A stretch of 64,000 nucleotides of DNA from Macrostomum lignano (Eukaryota), in NCBI GenBank assembly GCA_002269645.1, contig NIVC01000740.1, positions 186,001 through 250,000 of the forward strand, read 5' to 3'. Each line of letters opens with the position of its first letter. Within the stretch, counting starts at the first letter, position 1. Below, one piece after another: positions 39,911 through 52,212 of the stretch. A program made the position numbers and the translations under genes. Under the pieces are notes generated by a model that saw only the letters and a program-made list of their open reading frames with translations, was not told the origin of the DNA and ran no database searches.

Positions 39911-40829
39911 CCGTCCGTAACTGTACGAGTATGGAGGGCGGGGATCCTTGACAGACGGTTAAAGGATGTCGATATTTCACCAAAAACTATGAGCACTGGT
40001 TTTTAAATCTAAGGAATTCAAGCCTGGACATCCAGTCCAAGGAAGCAGCTTCTTAAAGATGTACTTTAGCAGAACAGACAGCTGCCCCTGAACTAGAATG
40101 AGCTGCCTCCAGATCTTCTTCTACGAGCTAGAAGCTGAAGCCGCAACAATAGGCTAGCTTGTGTTCGTGAATTTTGTGTTTCACCTTTGGGATAGTTCTA
40201 CAGGTGCAACCGAAGGAACTCGAGCTGTCCGGCTTTGACTTGCGTCCGAGCAGCGTACATACCATACTACTTTGTAATAAACCAAACCAATTGAACTAAA
40301 AATACAATTGACTGCTGGTCTTATAGAAATGTCATTACCTGATTATATATTTTTTTAAATCAAACCAAATCAACTCGCCTTATCAAAAACATTGAATGTT
40401 GAAGTCTGTAACAGTAGAAAGCGTGAAAAAACTGTATTAAAATACAGCCTGATATTTGGTAAATGAGTATGAATATAGATGGATATAGTGCTGCATAATT
40501 ACTGGTTCTACTCAGAAGCGCTAAGCTGGCTCTAAGAGCGAATGAATAAGACACTAAAAATAGCATCAGCCAGAGTAGGCACACTGGAGTTACAGCATTT
40601 ATTTCTCATTAGTATATAGAAAAAGGGAAGCATAAATCAAATTGGAAACATGTAGAAGAAAATTTGTGCTAAAATTTACACTCAAAATATTTTTATTTTA
40701 TAACCAATGCTCAAGCTACACTACTCGGGCAAGCAAGTCAGTAGCATCTAACGAGTGCATTAGCCGGGCGGTGGGCAACGCGGGTGAAGCGGAGAACATT
40801 TTGGACAGCAATAATGTCAGGCAGGGGTC

Positions 40830-41290
40830 CATAGACACGGACAGGTGAGGTCCTTAAACACGGATACACAGGGTCAATAGACATGGACAGGAGGGGTCAG
40901 GCGGGGTCCATAGACATGGACAGGCGGGGTCAGGTGGTGTCCATAGACACGGACAGGCGGGGTCAGGTGGGGTCCATAGACACGGACTGGCGGGGTCAGG
41001 TGGGGTCCATAGACACGGACAGGCGGGGTCAGGTGGGGTCCATAGACACGGACAGGCGGGGTCAGGTGGGGTCCATAGACATGGACAGGCAGGGTCAGGT
41101 AGGCTCCATAGACACGGACAGGCGGGGTCAGGTAGGCTCCATAGACACGGACAGGCGGGGTCAGGTAGGCTTCATAGACACGGACAGGCGGGGTCAGGTA
41201 GGCTCCATAGACACGGACAGGCGGGGTCATGTAGGCTCCATAGACACGGACAGGCGGGGTCAGGTGGGGTCCATAGACATGGACAGGCGG
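40830..41290. repeat. 33-bp minisatellite overlapping the zinc-finger gene stop codon
   Basis: CCATAGACACGGACAGGCGGGGTCAGGTGGGGT units. Confidence 0.95.
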
Positions 41291-42084
41291 CGCGCGTGGG
41301 CCCGCAGGTGGCGCACCAGGTCGCCGGGGCGCTGGAAGCCGCGCGGGCAGATCACGCAGTCGAGTCGGCGACCGGCGGCGATGGCGTCTTCGTCCTCGTG
41401 CGCCCGCCGGTGGCTGTCCAGGTGGCTGCGGCGGGCGAAGCGGTGCTGGCAGAGGTCACATTGGAACGGCCGCTCGTTGGCGTGCAGGCGGCGGTGGCTC
41501 AGCAGGGAGCCGCTCTGGGCGAAGCTGCGGCCGCACTGGGCGCAGGCAAAGGGCCGCTCGCCAGAGTGCGTGCGGCGGTGGCGGGACAGGTCGGTGTTGC
41601 GCGGGAACTGCCGGCCGCACTGGTCGCAGCTGAACGGGCGCTCCTCGGTGTGCCGGGCCCGCAGATGGCTGCGCAGGTTGCTGAGGCGGGCGAAGCTGGA
41701 CGGGCACTGCTCGCAGCTGAAGGGCCGCTCGCCGCTGTGCACCCGCATGTGGCTGCTGAGGTGGCTCCGCTGGCCGAAGGCGAGGCCGCAGTCGCCGCAG
41801 CGGTGCGGTTTCGCGTGGCTCCGCCGATGCCGAGACAGCTGGCGGAGCTCCGGGAAGCGGCGCGGACAGTCCGGACAGCTGAACTGCTCGGCCGCGGCGG
41901 CCTCCATGGCGTCAGGCGGCTGGCGCTGGTCGGGCGCGGACTGCCGATCCTCAGTGTGCGGCTGCTGCTGCTGCAAGTCGGGCATGGCGGGGCGGGGGTC
42001 AGAGACCAGCTGCTCAGCCGCGGTGTGCATATATTGGGGCCGGCAGCGGCTCACATGCCGGCTCACTGTGTGGCAATGCGCCAT
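41260..42084 (-). CDS. C2H2 zinc-finger protein, 7 fingers
   Basis: Seven CxxC..HxxxH motifs with SGERPF/TEERPF linkers; exact start uncertain. Confidence 0.88.
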   Translation of the reverse strand: MAHCHTVSRHVSRCRPQYMHTAAEQLVSDPRPAMPDLQQQQPHTEDRQSAPDQRQPPDAMEAAAAEQFSCPDCPRRFPELRQLSRHRRSHAKPHRCGDCGLAFGQRSHLSSHMRVHSGERPFSCEQCPSSFARLSNLRSHLRARHTEERPFSCDQCGRQFPRNTDLSRHRRTHSGERPFACAQCGRSFAQSGSLLSHRRLHANERPFQCDLCQHRFARRSHLDSHRRAHEDEDAIAAGRRLDCVICPRGFQRPGDLVRHLRAHARRLSMSMDPT

Positions 42085-42633
42085 TCACATTTCTGCTGCA
42101 GTCCCCACCTCACTGAGCTCTGCTCACAGCTCTCAACACTTCCTCGGACCACCCGGGCCAAGGTGGCTCTTTTCTAACTTTGCTGCTTTTTATCGGCCTG
42201 CCGCACTATCTTGCTGGGCCTCCCTCCCTCTCTCTCTCTCGCTCAGACCACTGGCAGCAATCTATGGGAACACCTGTGGAACACCTGCCAGAAATGAGAC
42301 GTCCTTTTCTATTATAAAAAATGGGTGAGCAGGGTGTTCTTCATTTGCCGATAACTCAGCTAGCTCAGCTAAAATATGTCAAAGAAACAAGCAAGGTGAA
42401 AGACGCACAGGTGTATTGAAATAAAAATAGGGCATGAAACAAAAGTGAAATTGAATAGGAAACCAAAGCGTGTATTTGCCATCGGCCTGGCTGTGACCAA
42501 GCAGAGCGATTCGTACATTGCGAGCTCAGCTCGGCAGGCCATGAAGTCACTGGGTGCCGCAGCATTAGCTGGATATGAATGAAACTGGCTGCCGCAGCAT
42601 TAGCTGGATATGAATGAAACTGGCTGCCGCAGC

Positions 42634-44973
42634 TCACACGGGCTTCGTGACCATCAGAGCAGCTGACGGGCACAGGTCCAGCGTGTACAGCGGCTTCTCC
42701 ATGTCCTCAGCGGTGAACACCCGCTTTGGGAACAGCGTCATAAGGGCGAAGTCCTCACCAGCCCGGCCGTCTGTCCGGTTGGTTCGAACGTAGCAGGCCA
42801 CCGCCGCGAGGCTCTCCTTGGCGCCGAACTGGGTAGTGAGCGGCTGGCCGCCGCCCGACAGGCGGATCTGCAGCCGGCAGGTGTCGCCGTCCGACACCGC
42901 GGCGGGGGTCGCCGCCTTCGGCAGGCTCGGGCCAGACGGCGCGCCAGCGGCAGCCGCAGGGGCAGCCGGTTGACCCGCGGCCGCTCGGCGCTCTTCGGCT
43001 TCGCGCGCCTCCATCTCGGCGCGGTCCTGCGCGTAGCGCTGCCTAATGCGCGCCAGGTACTCGCGCTGCTCCTCCTTCTCGCGCCGGCGCGCCTCGGCCT
43101 CGCGCTTTAACTCCTGCTCAGCGGACTCCTCGCGCCACTTTTTGAGGCCTTTGCCGTCCGTGCGCCGCTTCCGCTCGCGCTCCAGCTCCGCCCGGCGCTC
43201 CTCAGCCTCCCGCTCTTGGCGCTTCGCCTCCAGCTTGGCCTCCAGCTGGCGCAGCTGCTCCGCCTTCTCCTCGGCTGTCAGGGCGCGGACCTGCGGTTAG
43301 GGCGGGGCGGATTCTGCTTGAGAGCTGAGATGGGGGCGGATTTTGGTTGAGAGCTGAGATGGGGGCGGATTTTGGTTGAGAGCTGAGATGGGGGCGGATT
43401 TTGGTTGAGAGCTGAGATGGGGGCGGATTTTGGTTGAGAGCTGAGATGGGGGCGGATTTTGGTTGAGAGCTGAGATGGGGGCGGATCATCCGCTAGTTGG
43501 GGGCGGATTATCCGCTAGTTGGGGCGGATCATCCGCTAGTTGGGGGCGGATCATCCGCTAGTTGGGGGCGGATCATCCGCTAGTTGGGGGCGGATCATCC
43601 GCTAGTTGGGGGCGGATCATCCGCTAGTTGGGGGCGGATCATCCGCTAGTTGGGGGCGGATCATCTGCTAGTTGGGGGCGGATCATCCGCTAGTTGGGGG
43701 CAGTGGCGGATCTGGCATTAGATAATGAGTTCGCTGACATTAACAGCCCTTCCCCAGCTGCTCACCTCCTCCGTGGACTGGGAGAAGTTGGCGTGGCCGG
43801 TCTTGGCGGCGTGGAATTCGGCCTCGGCCGGGCTGCGGAACAACTTGCCGCAGTCGTCGCACTTCAAAGATTTTGCATCGGCATCGGTGGCCTCCGCCGA
43901 GCCGGCGGTGCCTCCCGCCGACTCTCCTGACGCCGCCGACGAAGCAGCTGCCGCGTTGGCTGCCGGCGCGGGCTCCGGTTCCGGGATCGGGTCGTCAATA
44001 TCCGGGTCATCCTGGTGGCTGGACAGCCTGCGGAATTTCCGAGGAAAAAGCAGAGTTAGGCAATGTTGGCATTGCCGAGTCAGCTGGGGTAAGATCGCTA
44101 CTTGGTTAGAGGCGATTCTCAGCTGAGGTCAGATGGCGGTTCTCATGGTGAGATCGGGGGGCGATTCTCATGGTGAGATCAGGGGAGGATTCTCATGGTG
44201 AGATCAGGGGGCGATTCTCATGGTTAGATCAGTGGGCAATTCTCATGGTGAGATCAGGGGGCGATTCTCATGGTGAGATCAGGGGGCGATTCTCATGGTG
44301 AGATCAGGGGGTGATTCTCATGGTGAGATCAGGGGGCGATTCTCATGGTGAGATCAGGGGGTGATTCTCATGGTGAGATCAGGGGGCGATTCTCATGGTG
44401 AGATCAGGGGGCGATTCTCATGGTGAGATCAGGGGGTGATTCTCATGGTGAGATCAGGGGGCGATTCTCATGGTGAGATCAGGGGGTGATTCTCATGGTG
44501 AGATCAGGGGAGGATTCTCATGGTGAGATCAGGGGGCGATTCTCATGGTGAGATCAGTAGGCGGTTCTCAGGTGGTATCAGGTGTCAGTAGGGTCAGGGT
44601 GGATCCTCGGTTGATGTCAGAGAGTGACTTAGGTCTATCAAAATTCAAAGCCAAAATCGACAAACTAAATAAGTTATTACATTGTTACGATATTACTTGT
44701 AATATTAGTATACTCGTACTGATTAAACCAGCAAAAACATGAGTTTGAGAAACTTTAAGTAATACACTGGACTTACCAGTCCATTGCTGCTTCAATCCCT
44801 TTGTTCCCTGACTTCAACAGAGCTTTTTTTCTAAAAAAAAAAGACAAAATAACGATTTCACTGGCAATGTAGCTTGTAGACATAGCAAGTGATTTATTTG
44901 GCATTTCTTACGCTCTGATTTCGGAGAAACCCATGTCTAAGAGCATGCTCAGGTTGGAGTCATTGGATGACAT
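42634..44973 (-). CDS. UBXN1: UBX domain protein 1 (UBA - C2H2 - coiled coil - UBX), 4 exons, 344 aa
   Basis: Exons 44973-44912, 44830-44777, 44027-43766, 43290-42634. UBA [80 protein letters not shown]. Confidence 0.92.
43310..43700. repeat. Adjacent 29-bp and 22-bp minisatellites in UBXN1 intron 3
   Basis: GAGCTGAGATGGGGGCGGATTTTGGTTGA then GGGGGCGGATCATCCGCTAGTT. Confidence 0.93.
44140..44570. repeat. 25-bp minisatellite in UBXN1 intron 2
   Basis: TTCTCATGGTGAGATCAGGGGGCGA units. Confidence 0.95.
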
Positions 44974-45257
44974 GGCAGATTCGACTGTTGCATGAAGTAT
45001 TGGATTTGAAAGCTCATTTGTTTAATTGACTTAATTTGAAGGTTTAAGATAAATTATAATATCTGGTTCTTGTATTTTACAAGTAAAAATTATAATTTAT
45101 AATTAGTTAGAAAAAATGTATGCATTATATGTACATGCAATGTGTGTAAGGCCTTGTCTATTTCGTTCAATTAATAATGCTTTTTGCACAAATTGAATTT
45201 GCACCAAATCTCTGAAAAATATTTTGTTGAAATATTTATACATGTAATTCAACAGGC

Positions 45258-45450
45258 CAGGGGGTTGTAGCCTAGAGGTTAGAAAGTTGGACTCACGACT
45301 GAAACTGAAAAGTCGGGGGTTCAATTCCCAATCCCACTGGAACAATTTGTGTTCATGAGCAAGACACTTAACTCTGCATTGCTTCAGTTCACCCAGCTGT
45401 AAAATGGGTGCCAGCATTAGCTGGGGTAATTGAGGGTGTGTGTGACAACC
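45258..45450 (+). mobile_element. tRNA-headed CORE-type SINE, decayed
   Basis: A box TAGCCTAGAGG, B box GGGTTCAATTCCC, then GAGCAAGACACTTAACTCTGCATTGCTTCAGTTCACCCAGCTGTAAAATGGG resembling the MIR/CORE domain. Confidence 0.6.
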
Positions 45451-46164
45451 CCCAAGTCCTTGGACTGAACAGCTATACTTACTTGACAATGACAAATTTT
45501 TTAAAGTAAGATGGGGAAAGCCTCTTTTTATTCTTTATTTTTAAGCAAAAATCTAATTTTCTAGGCGATTTCAAATCTGCACAAAAACTAAAAAACAAAC
45601 TTTTTGTTTAAATACTCATATTTTTCTAAATATTTTTGTGATTTTTTGTTTTAAATGAACCAAGAAAATAGTATAAATAGATGCAAATTTTCAGACAAGA
45701 GAATCAACCTTGCCCACTGTGGTTACATATAATCAATAATAAACTAGGCCTAGCAGTTAACAAGAAGTGTTCCAAGTGAAATTAAATCTTTGAGAATTCA
45801 ATTTGACTTGGTTAATTTTCTGAGTAAAGTAGAAGGATTATAAGAATATACCATATATACTACTGAGAAGTAGAAAACCATAGTAAAAGAGACAAAGTAG
45901 ATCTTGAAGCAGACATATAGAGGCCATGACCTTCTAATCTCAGAAATGCCCAGGACTAGAAAGATCAATACATGCAATCCATATACTAGTAGAATATATA
46001 CTGCTCAGATCAGATATTTATATATATAACACTACTAGAATTAATTAAGAATGCTACCAATGGAATAATAATGCTACCAGTAAGAAATAGGAAATACTAA
46101 GAACTATTACTTAGACTAATACTTAGATATATACTCAGACTTAGACAAATATTCAGTTACATAT

Positions 46165-46290
46165 ACTAAGAATAAAAGTCCTGCAACGACTGAAAGAGAA
46201 CAACATAACCATCGGGAAGGATAAGTGCAAGTTTTTAGTGGATTAAAATAATCTTCATGGGAATGCTGCTAACTTGCAAGGATATTTAGG
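46165..46290 (+). mobile_element. Heavily decayed Gypsy RT relic
   Basis: KVLQRLKENNITIGKDKCKF followed by IFMGMLL, amid many stop codons. Confidence 0.4.
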
Positions 46291-46880
46291 GTCTCAACCA
46301 ATTCTAAGAAAGTAGAGAATTAGCATAGGAACAACTAGGTGGAAGCTTTTAGGACATTTACAGAGACTGAAGCAAGACCTTAGTGACACCACACTCTCAA
46401 ATCTGCTATATGGTACGCTAGAAAAAATGACCCCCTATACCATAAATTCAAATTTACACCACAAAAGACTAATTTACTTGTGATCTATATATGCCAGAAA
46501 TTATCAAAAAAGCATTTCAACAATAAAGGATTTTTTTGTTGCAGCAATACAAGAATAATTTTTTCTTGGAATTGGGATCAGGATTTGGGATTAGGTCTTT
46601 TAGTATATTGAAGTTTGTAGGTCCATATAAAGTTAAACAAAATTGAGCAAAAAATGTCAATATCAAAAGTAAAACACAACAAAATTGATGCAAAGTTTGG
46701 TAATTAACAAAGTAATAACATAATGAATACAAGTTAAAACAAAATAAATTTAAATAATTATTAATTCTATAAACTTTTGATCAAAAGAACTGTTCCCAAT
46801 TCTTGTGTTTTTTAGGATTGGGATCCTAGTCCCACAGGAACACAATTTTCCTTGGGATCCTAAGATTTTGGGATTGGGAT

Positions 46881-49800
46881 TAGAGGTCGGACGGGATCCC
46901 GATCCCGATCCCGAAACCTCGGGATCCCGAGGAAAATTGGATTCCCGCGGGATCGGGATCCCGACCCTAAAAAAAACGGGAATCGGGAACAGGTCCTTTG
47001 GTTCCAAATTTGTAGAATTGATGATTGCTTTCATGCATTTTGTTTTACTTGTACTTGTTACATCGTTACTTTTTTGGTTACAAAACTTTGCATTCATTCT
47101 CTCGTGTTTTACCTCTTGATCTTAACATTGTTAAAGTTATAAATATTCCATTGATATTTACAAACTTTGTAGAACATATAAATCAAATCGGATTAGTATG
47201 CATGGTTGCGCAATGATTAGTGAATAGAAATTACAGAAGCTCAATACATGCGCAATCTCTGCTGCGATTAAAATTTGATCACTCCCTTTTCACTCCATTA
47301 TAAGAACACAAAAACTTTTTTTTCTCCCTTATTTTAGCACGTCTAGGCCTGTGATTGTGTGCGCAAAGGTTATATAACTTGCGCAATCGTTTATTAATTT
47401 ATTTTCACTGTTTCAGTTTCATCATTTTTGGGCGTGAAATCTGAGGCGTGAATTCAGTAGTTAGTGTTAACACATGTTGCTTGTAATGTTGTATCTTAAA
47501 TAGCTTTTTACTTTTTGTGTAATGTAAATAATGTTTTTTTAAATGTTATGATCGTTTGTTTTATTTTTAATTGCTAAAATAAAATAAATAAACCGAATGT
47601 CTTTAGACAGGATTTACATCAATATTTTCCATTCCAAATGCTTTCCAATTACTTAACAAATCACTTATCAAGTCATCATTAATTCATTCATCAGTCGTTG
47701 TGCAGGTGGAAAGTTGCAAACTTCTGTTGTTTATTTCTCAATAAAAAGGCAGTCGGTGGATGCTACAAAAATGGTACATGTACATTTACGAGTGTAACTT
47801 CCTGATTTGCCTCACAGAGATGGAGATCTTAGTGATATGGATAACGTGAGTGCCATCGGCAGAAACTGTTCGCTTTAAACAAGCAACAAAAAACAGGATA
47901 TAAGAAAGCACAACAGCAGACAAAGTAGGCAATATTTTACTTTTGCACGTTTAATTATTTTACTTTGAATTAGTGTTGAAGTAGGACATCGTGATCCACC
48001 TTACAAATATAGATAAATTGTGTTATATTTTAAAAGGCTAAAATTTCATATCACTTTCTATCAAATCTACAAATTTGTTAAATGTTTAAGGAATAAGGTC
48101 CTCAGGGATTTTATATTGCTTTTTATAATGTGGATCGCAACTTCCTTTTTAGCGCCAATCTAAATTGAAAAAGTAACTGCGTAAGCCGTAAAGTAAAAAA
48201 TGCCTAAAAATCCGTAACAAACGTCTCTAGCATTGGCAAAGTGCATCTTCGAAATTATTTTCCGGCATTGAAGTCAACAAATGGCAAATTAATCTTACAC
48301 AAAACAATCTTTTCTAGCGAATCAGGTGACAGAGAAGCCCGCCTATCTGAGAAAACATTTCCAGCAATACTAAATAGCCTTTCACTAGAAACGCTAGATG
48401 CAGGAATGCAAAATAGTTTTTTCACTAAGGGAATAATCGAAGTCCGAAGCCTTTCAGTTGCCTTTGTAGACCAGTAGATAAGTGGATCACTACTGGCTGG
48501 CTCCAGTTTTGAGGTTAGAAACTCCGTCAACAGCTCTTCAATGCAGCTGCTGGGCTGCAGCACTGAGTTGGCATTAAAATTACTGAACAGATCGTCCAGA
48601 AGACGGCGCTTTGGAGGAGGGGGCTGGTCAAAAGCTTCCCTCGTGCATTCATCATCCTCTGGAGAAGGCGAACTTGCAAAGTTGCCATTGCCAGAAGTTA
48701 CTTCTTGTTCTTGTCTACTATTATGACCAGTGACAGTAGTAGTCGTAGAACAGAATTCTAACACAATCTTCTTCTTCTGGTCTCTCTCAGCAGCAGGGAA
48801 AAAAGCAAGCTTGTAACGCGGATCCAGGGCTGTTGCCAGGATGCAGTCCAATCTGATAGGGATGTCAGAAAATCGCGAATTGACACCACGTACCAGTGAA
48901 TCAAACAGCGACCTCACACCCGAAATTGCATCCTTATCGAGTGCTGCTTTTTCGAGAAACTTTTGCAACAGTGCAACCATTGGAATCAAATATGAGATGC
49001 TGGTTGACTCTTTGCTAACTTCCAGAGTTAGCTCTTCAAAAATTGAAAGCAGATTAACTACTTTTTCGATTATGGTAAATTCATTGCTCGAAATTTCTTC
49101 GAAATCCGATCGATCAGCAACGAAGGCAGAGATAGCACTTCGCTGTTCCAAAACTCTTTGCAGCATGTGTAATGTAGAGTTCCAACGAGTTGGAACATCA
49201 CACTTGAGCTTGTGCTGTGGCAGCTCCAATGCTTTCTGAAGCTTTTCAAATCGGCCTTGAGATGTTGTTGAATGGTGCATGGAGCTAACAAAGCGTCGGC
49301 ATTTGCCTATAATTGCCTCAACACACGGTTGCTGCTTAAGTGCATCTTGCACAATCAGATTCAACTTGTGAGCTGCACAGCTCACACTTCCTCCGATATT
49401 CTCCGAGAAATTGGAGTCAGCAGTAGCACCATTGGCTGAAGAAGGTAGCATTGTGCGCACTGCCTTCAGCATGTTAGCAGCATTGTCAGTAACAATTGCT
49501 ATTGTTTTACTTTCGATACGCCAGTCAGCGAAAATCTCAGTCAGCACATTTGCAATGTTAGAAGAAGTGTGAACTTCAATCAGATGTTGCATAGCCAGTG
49601 TTGTGCTAAATCTCTCTAGCTTGCAGACTTGAGCTTGGGTGTTGTCGTTGCAACAATCAGCCTCAGAGACGGAAAGCATTTCTTTGATTCCGTGGACTGT
49701 GAGTCCAAGGAAGGACAGGCCTTTTTCAGACCAAATGTCACAGGTAACTGCCACTGAGGTCAAGTCGTCAAGCTGCTGCCTGATGTTCTTCTTGGCACAG

Positions 49801-52212
49801 TTGTACACATCATTGAGCTTTTCGCGGTAAAATTTTTCAGACTTAATTGTATACTGTGGTGATGCAATCTTCATCAGGCCTTGAAATCCTGCTTCTTGAA
49901 CCATGGTCCATGGTTGACCATCCAACAATATCATACGAACAATTGCTAAGTCAAGTTCCTTTGACCTGGAATCCTCGATGTCCCATGGACGGCTTTTCTT
50001 AATTGATTGTTGCAATGTTGGCTGGAAAAGCCCTTCAGCTTTTGAGCTCTCCTTCAGTTTCTGGCTGTCTCTCTGCTGTTTAATTTGTTGGAGCTCTTCA
50101 TATAAGTCCTTATGGCATGATTGTAAATGGCGAAGAGCCCCACTTGTAGATCCAGTGGAACACAGTAACATTTTTCCACAACCTGGGCTTAAGCATTTAG
50201 CAAAATCTTGTCCATTGTGCACTTCCTTTTTAAAAAAGCGCCAGACTGGACTTGAGTTTATACCAGACATTAGGTTGATAACTTGATGTTAATTTGACTT
50301 GTATATGGTGTAGCACGTGTGCTGAAAATGGAAAATGATGAAACATTAGTTATACATGTTTACAATCTACATTATAAGAAAATATATAAAAAATATAGGC
50401 ACCTAATGGTTTTATAATTATTTTTATAGTTTGTTACTGAAAGTACTAAACATAAATAGTTTAAATCAAATGGCAATAAACTAGGCCTATTTAGTGACTA
50501 GTAATGATAATGAGATAATAATAGCAAGTTGATTGTTGAATAATAAAAAATTCACTGAATTATTTGAATAAAAACTATAGATTGAAAAATGAAATAGCAT
50601 GCTACGCTAGGATATTCAATGCCTATGCCCTTATTCACTATTTTTTCAATAAGATTTTTAGAGACATTAAATACAGGACAAAGGCCTAGTATTATTCTAA
50701 GGAATAGGCTAGATTACGTTAAAATCAATTGAAGAATTTAATTACAAAAATAATAATCAAACTGAACTCCTAACTCTATTCTATTAAATAATTCTTAATA
50801 TTGACTTGACAATAAGTCAGAAAATTTTGAAATTCAAACAAATAGTCACACAAAAAGACAAGTGATAAAATCAAAAAAATTGCAAAAAGGTCTCTACTCT
50901 ATATAACATATTGATAAAAAACATTTGCAAAATTAAAAGTATTAAATTTATTTAACAGATTAAATCCCATTTTTTAAAAATAAATCTTTTTGATAAAAAA
51001 GAATTTTTTTATTGACAAATAAGCTACAATTTATACTACAATTTATTCTGTTATTGATGAATAGAATACAATTGATTAAGTCAATTGTCATTGAACATAG
51101 TGATAATGAAGTAACCACTTTATCTAATCTGGCATATTTCTAGCTAGCTAACTTTAACTTTTTTTGCATTTTTTGTTAATAAACACTAAATAGTTTTCAA
51201 TGGAATATACACCATCACCATACTGCTATATAGTATATGCTATGAACGTTCAATAAATTATTTTGACTTCAAATTTGTGCTTAGCAAACAGTTCTAAGAA
51301 TTCCCATAGTGAAACAAACACAAATAACTAATAATTTCAAAATTTGTAGCCAAAATAATTTGTTGATTTCAGGTATCAATTATAAACAAATTATATATGT
51401 ACTAAATATACAATCTACATTTGCTTGTTTGTAACGGTTGACAGACTTGAAATTCTTGACCATCATTATTACGAAATGCAAATAAATATAGAAATTTACA
51501 ATCCTATATACTAAAAATGAGTTGATTGTTTGTACGCACCACGCAATCGATTAGAGAAAAACTGGCTGGATTTTCTCTTTTACTTTTACTTTTACTTCTA
51601 CTTTTTTCAATTTTTTTTTCAGTTGATATATAAACTTGATAATTAACATAATATCGTGTCTATTATGTTAATTATTGAAAGTCCCAAGCAATCAGTTTCA
51701 GCATCAGTTTCAATTTTTCTAGCTTTCTATGCTAAAATATTTTAGGCCAAGGTTTATACATTCCATATATACTACATTTTTTCTCTATTTATTTAATTTA
51801 TAAAATATATTAATTTAAAAGTAAAAACATTAATTGTCTAATGTCTGTGTACTGTACATACATTACTATCTATATAATTATTTTTATATTATTTACTTAA
51901 AGGAAATTGATTAGGACTTTTTTATTATAAATTCAAAAGTTTCTATTTATATGCATTTAAATATATTAATAGTAATTATAAATAATAAAGCATAAACTTA
52001 AGAGCCTAGACAAATTTTTGTTTATGTTATATTGTGTATCTATTCTTTATAGCTGTATATGAATATACAAATATACAAACTACGGCTACGGTATATTTTA
52101 ACTTTAAAGACCTGATCCCGATTCCCGAATCCCGATCCCGATCCCGATCCCGAGAAAAAAATTATTCCCGATCCCGATCCCGCCCGAAGATTTCAATCCC
52201 GTCCGACCTCTA
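46881..52212 (-). mobile_element. Full-length hAT DNA transposon (5332 bp)
   Basis: Perfect 17-bp TIR TAGAGGTCGGACGGGAT; 8-bp TSD ATTGGGAT at 46873-46880 and 52213-52220; (ATCCCG)n subterminal repeats at both ends. Confidence 0.95.
48255..50270 (-). CDS. hAT transposase with BED finger, uninterrupted 671-aa ORF
   Basis: BED (SPVWRFF..C..C..LRHLQSCH), TCDIWS, VTDNAANM, CAAHKLNL, TRWNST, SVSSERLFS. Confidence 0.93.
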   Translation of the reverse strand: MSGINSSPVWRFFKKEVHNGQDFAKCLSPGCGKMLLCSTGSTSGALRHLQSCHKDLYEELQQIKQQRDSQKLKESSKAEGLFQPTLQQSIKKSRPWDIEDSRSKELDLAIVRMILLDGQPWTMVQEAGFQGLMKIASPQYTIKSEKFYREKLNDVYNCAKKNIRQQLDDLTSVAVTCDIWSEKGLSFLGLTVHGIKEMLSVSEADCCNDNTQAQVCKLERFSTTLAMQHLIEVHTSSNIANVLTEIFADWRIESKTIAIVTDNAANMLKAVRTMLPSSANGATADSNFSENIGGSVSCAAHKLNLIVQDALKQQPCVEAIIGKCRRFVSSMHHSTTSQGRFEKLQKALELPQHKLKCDVPTRWNSTLHMLQRVLEQRSAISAFVADRSDFEEISSNEFTIIEKVVNLLSIFEELTLEVSKESTSISYLIPMVALLQKFLEKAALDKDAISGVRSLFDSLVRGVNSRFSDIPIRLDCILATALDPRYKLAFFPAAERDQKKKIVLEFCSTTTTVTGHNSRQEQEVTSGNGNFASSPSPEDDECTREAFDQPPPPKRRLLDDLFSNFNANSVLQPSSCIEELLTEFLTSKLEPASSDPLIYWSTKATERLRTSIIPLVKKLFCIPASSVSSERLFSIAGNVFSDRRASLSPDSLEKIVLCKINLPFVDFNAGK

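Noticed and set aside
40883-42328. 481-aa plus-strand ORF
   Set aside because: Antisense shadow of the GC-rich zinc-finger gene joined to a 33-bp repeat.
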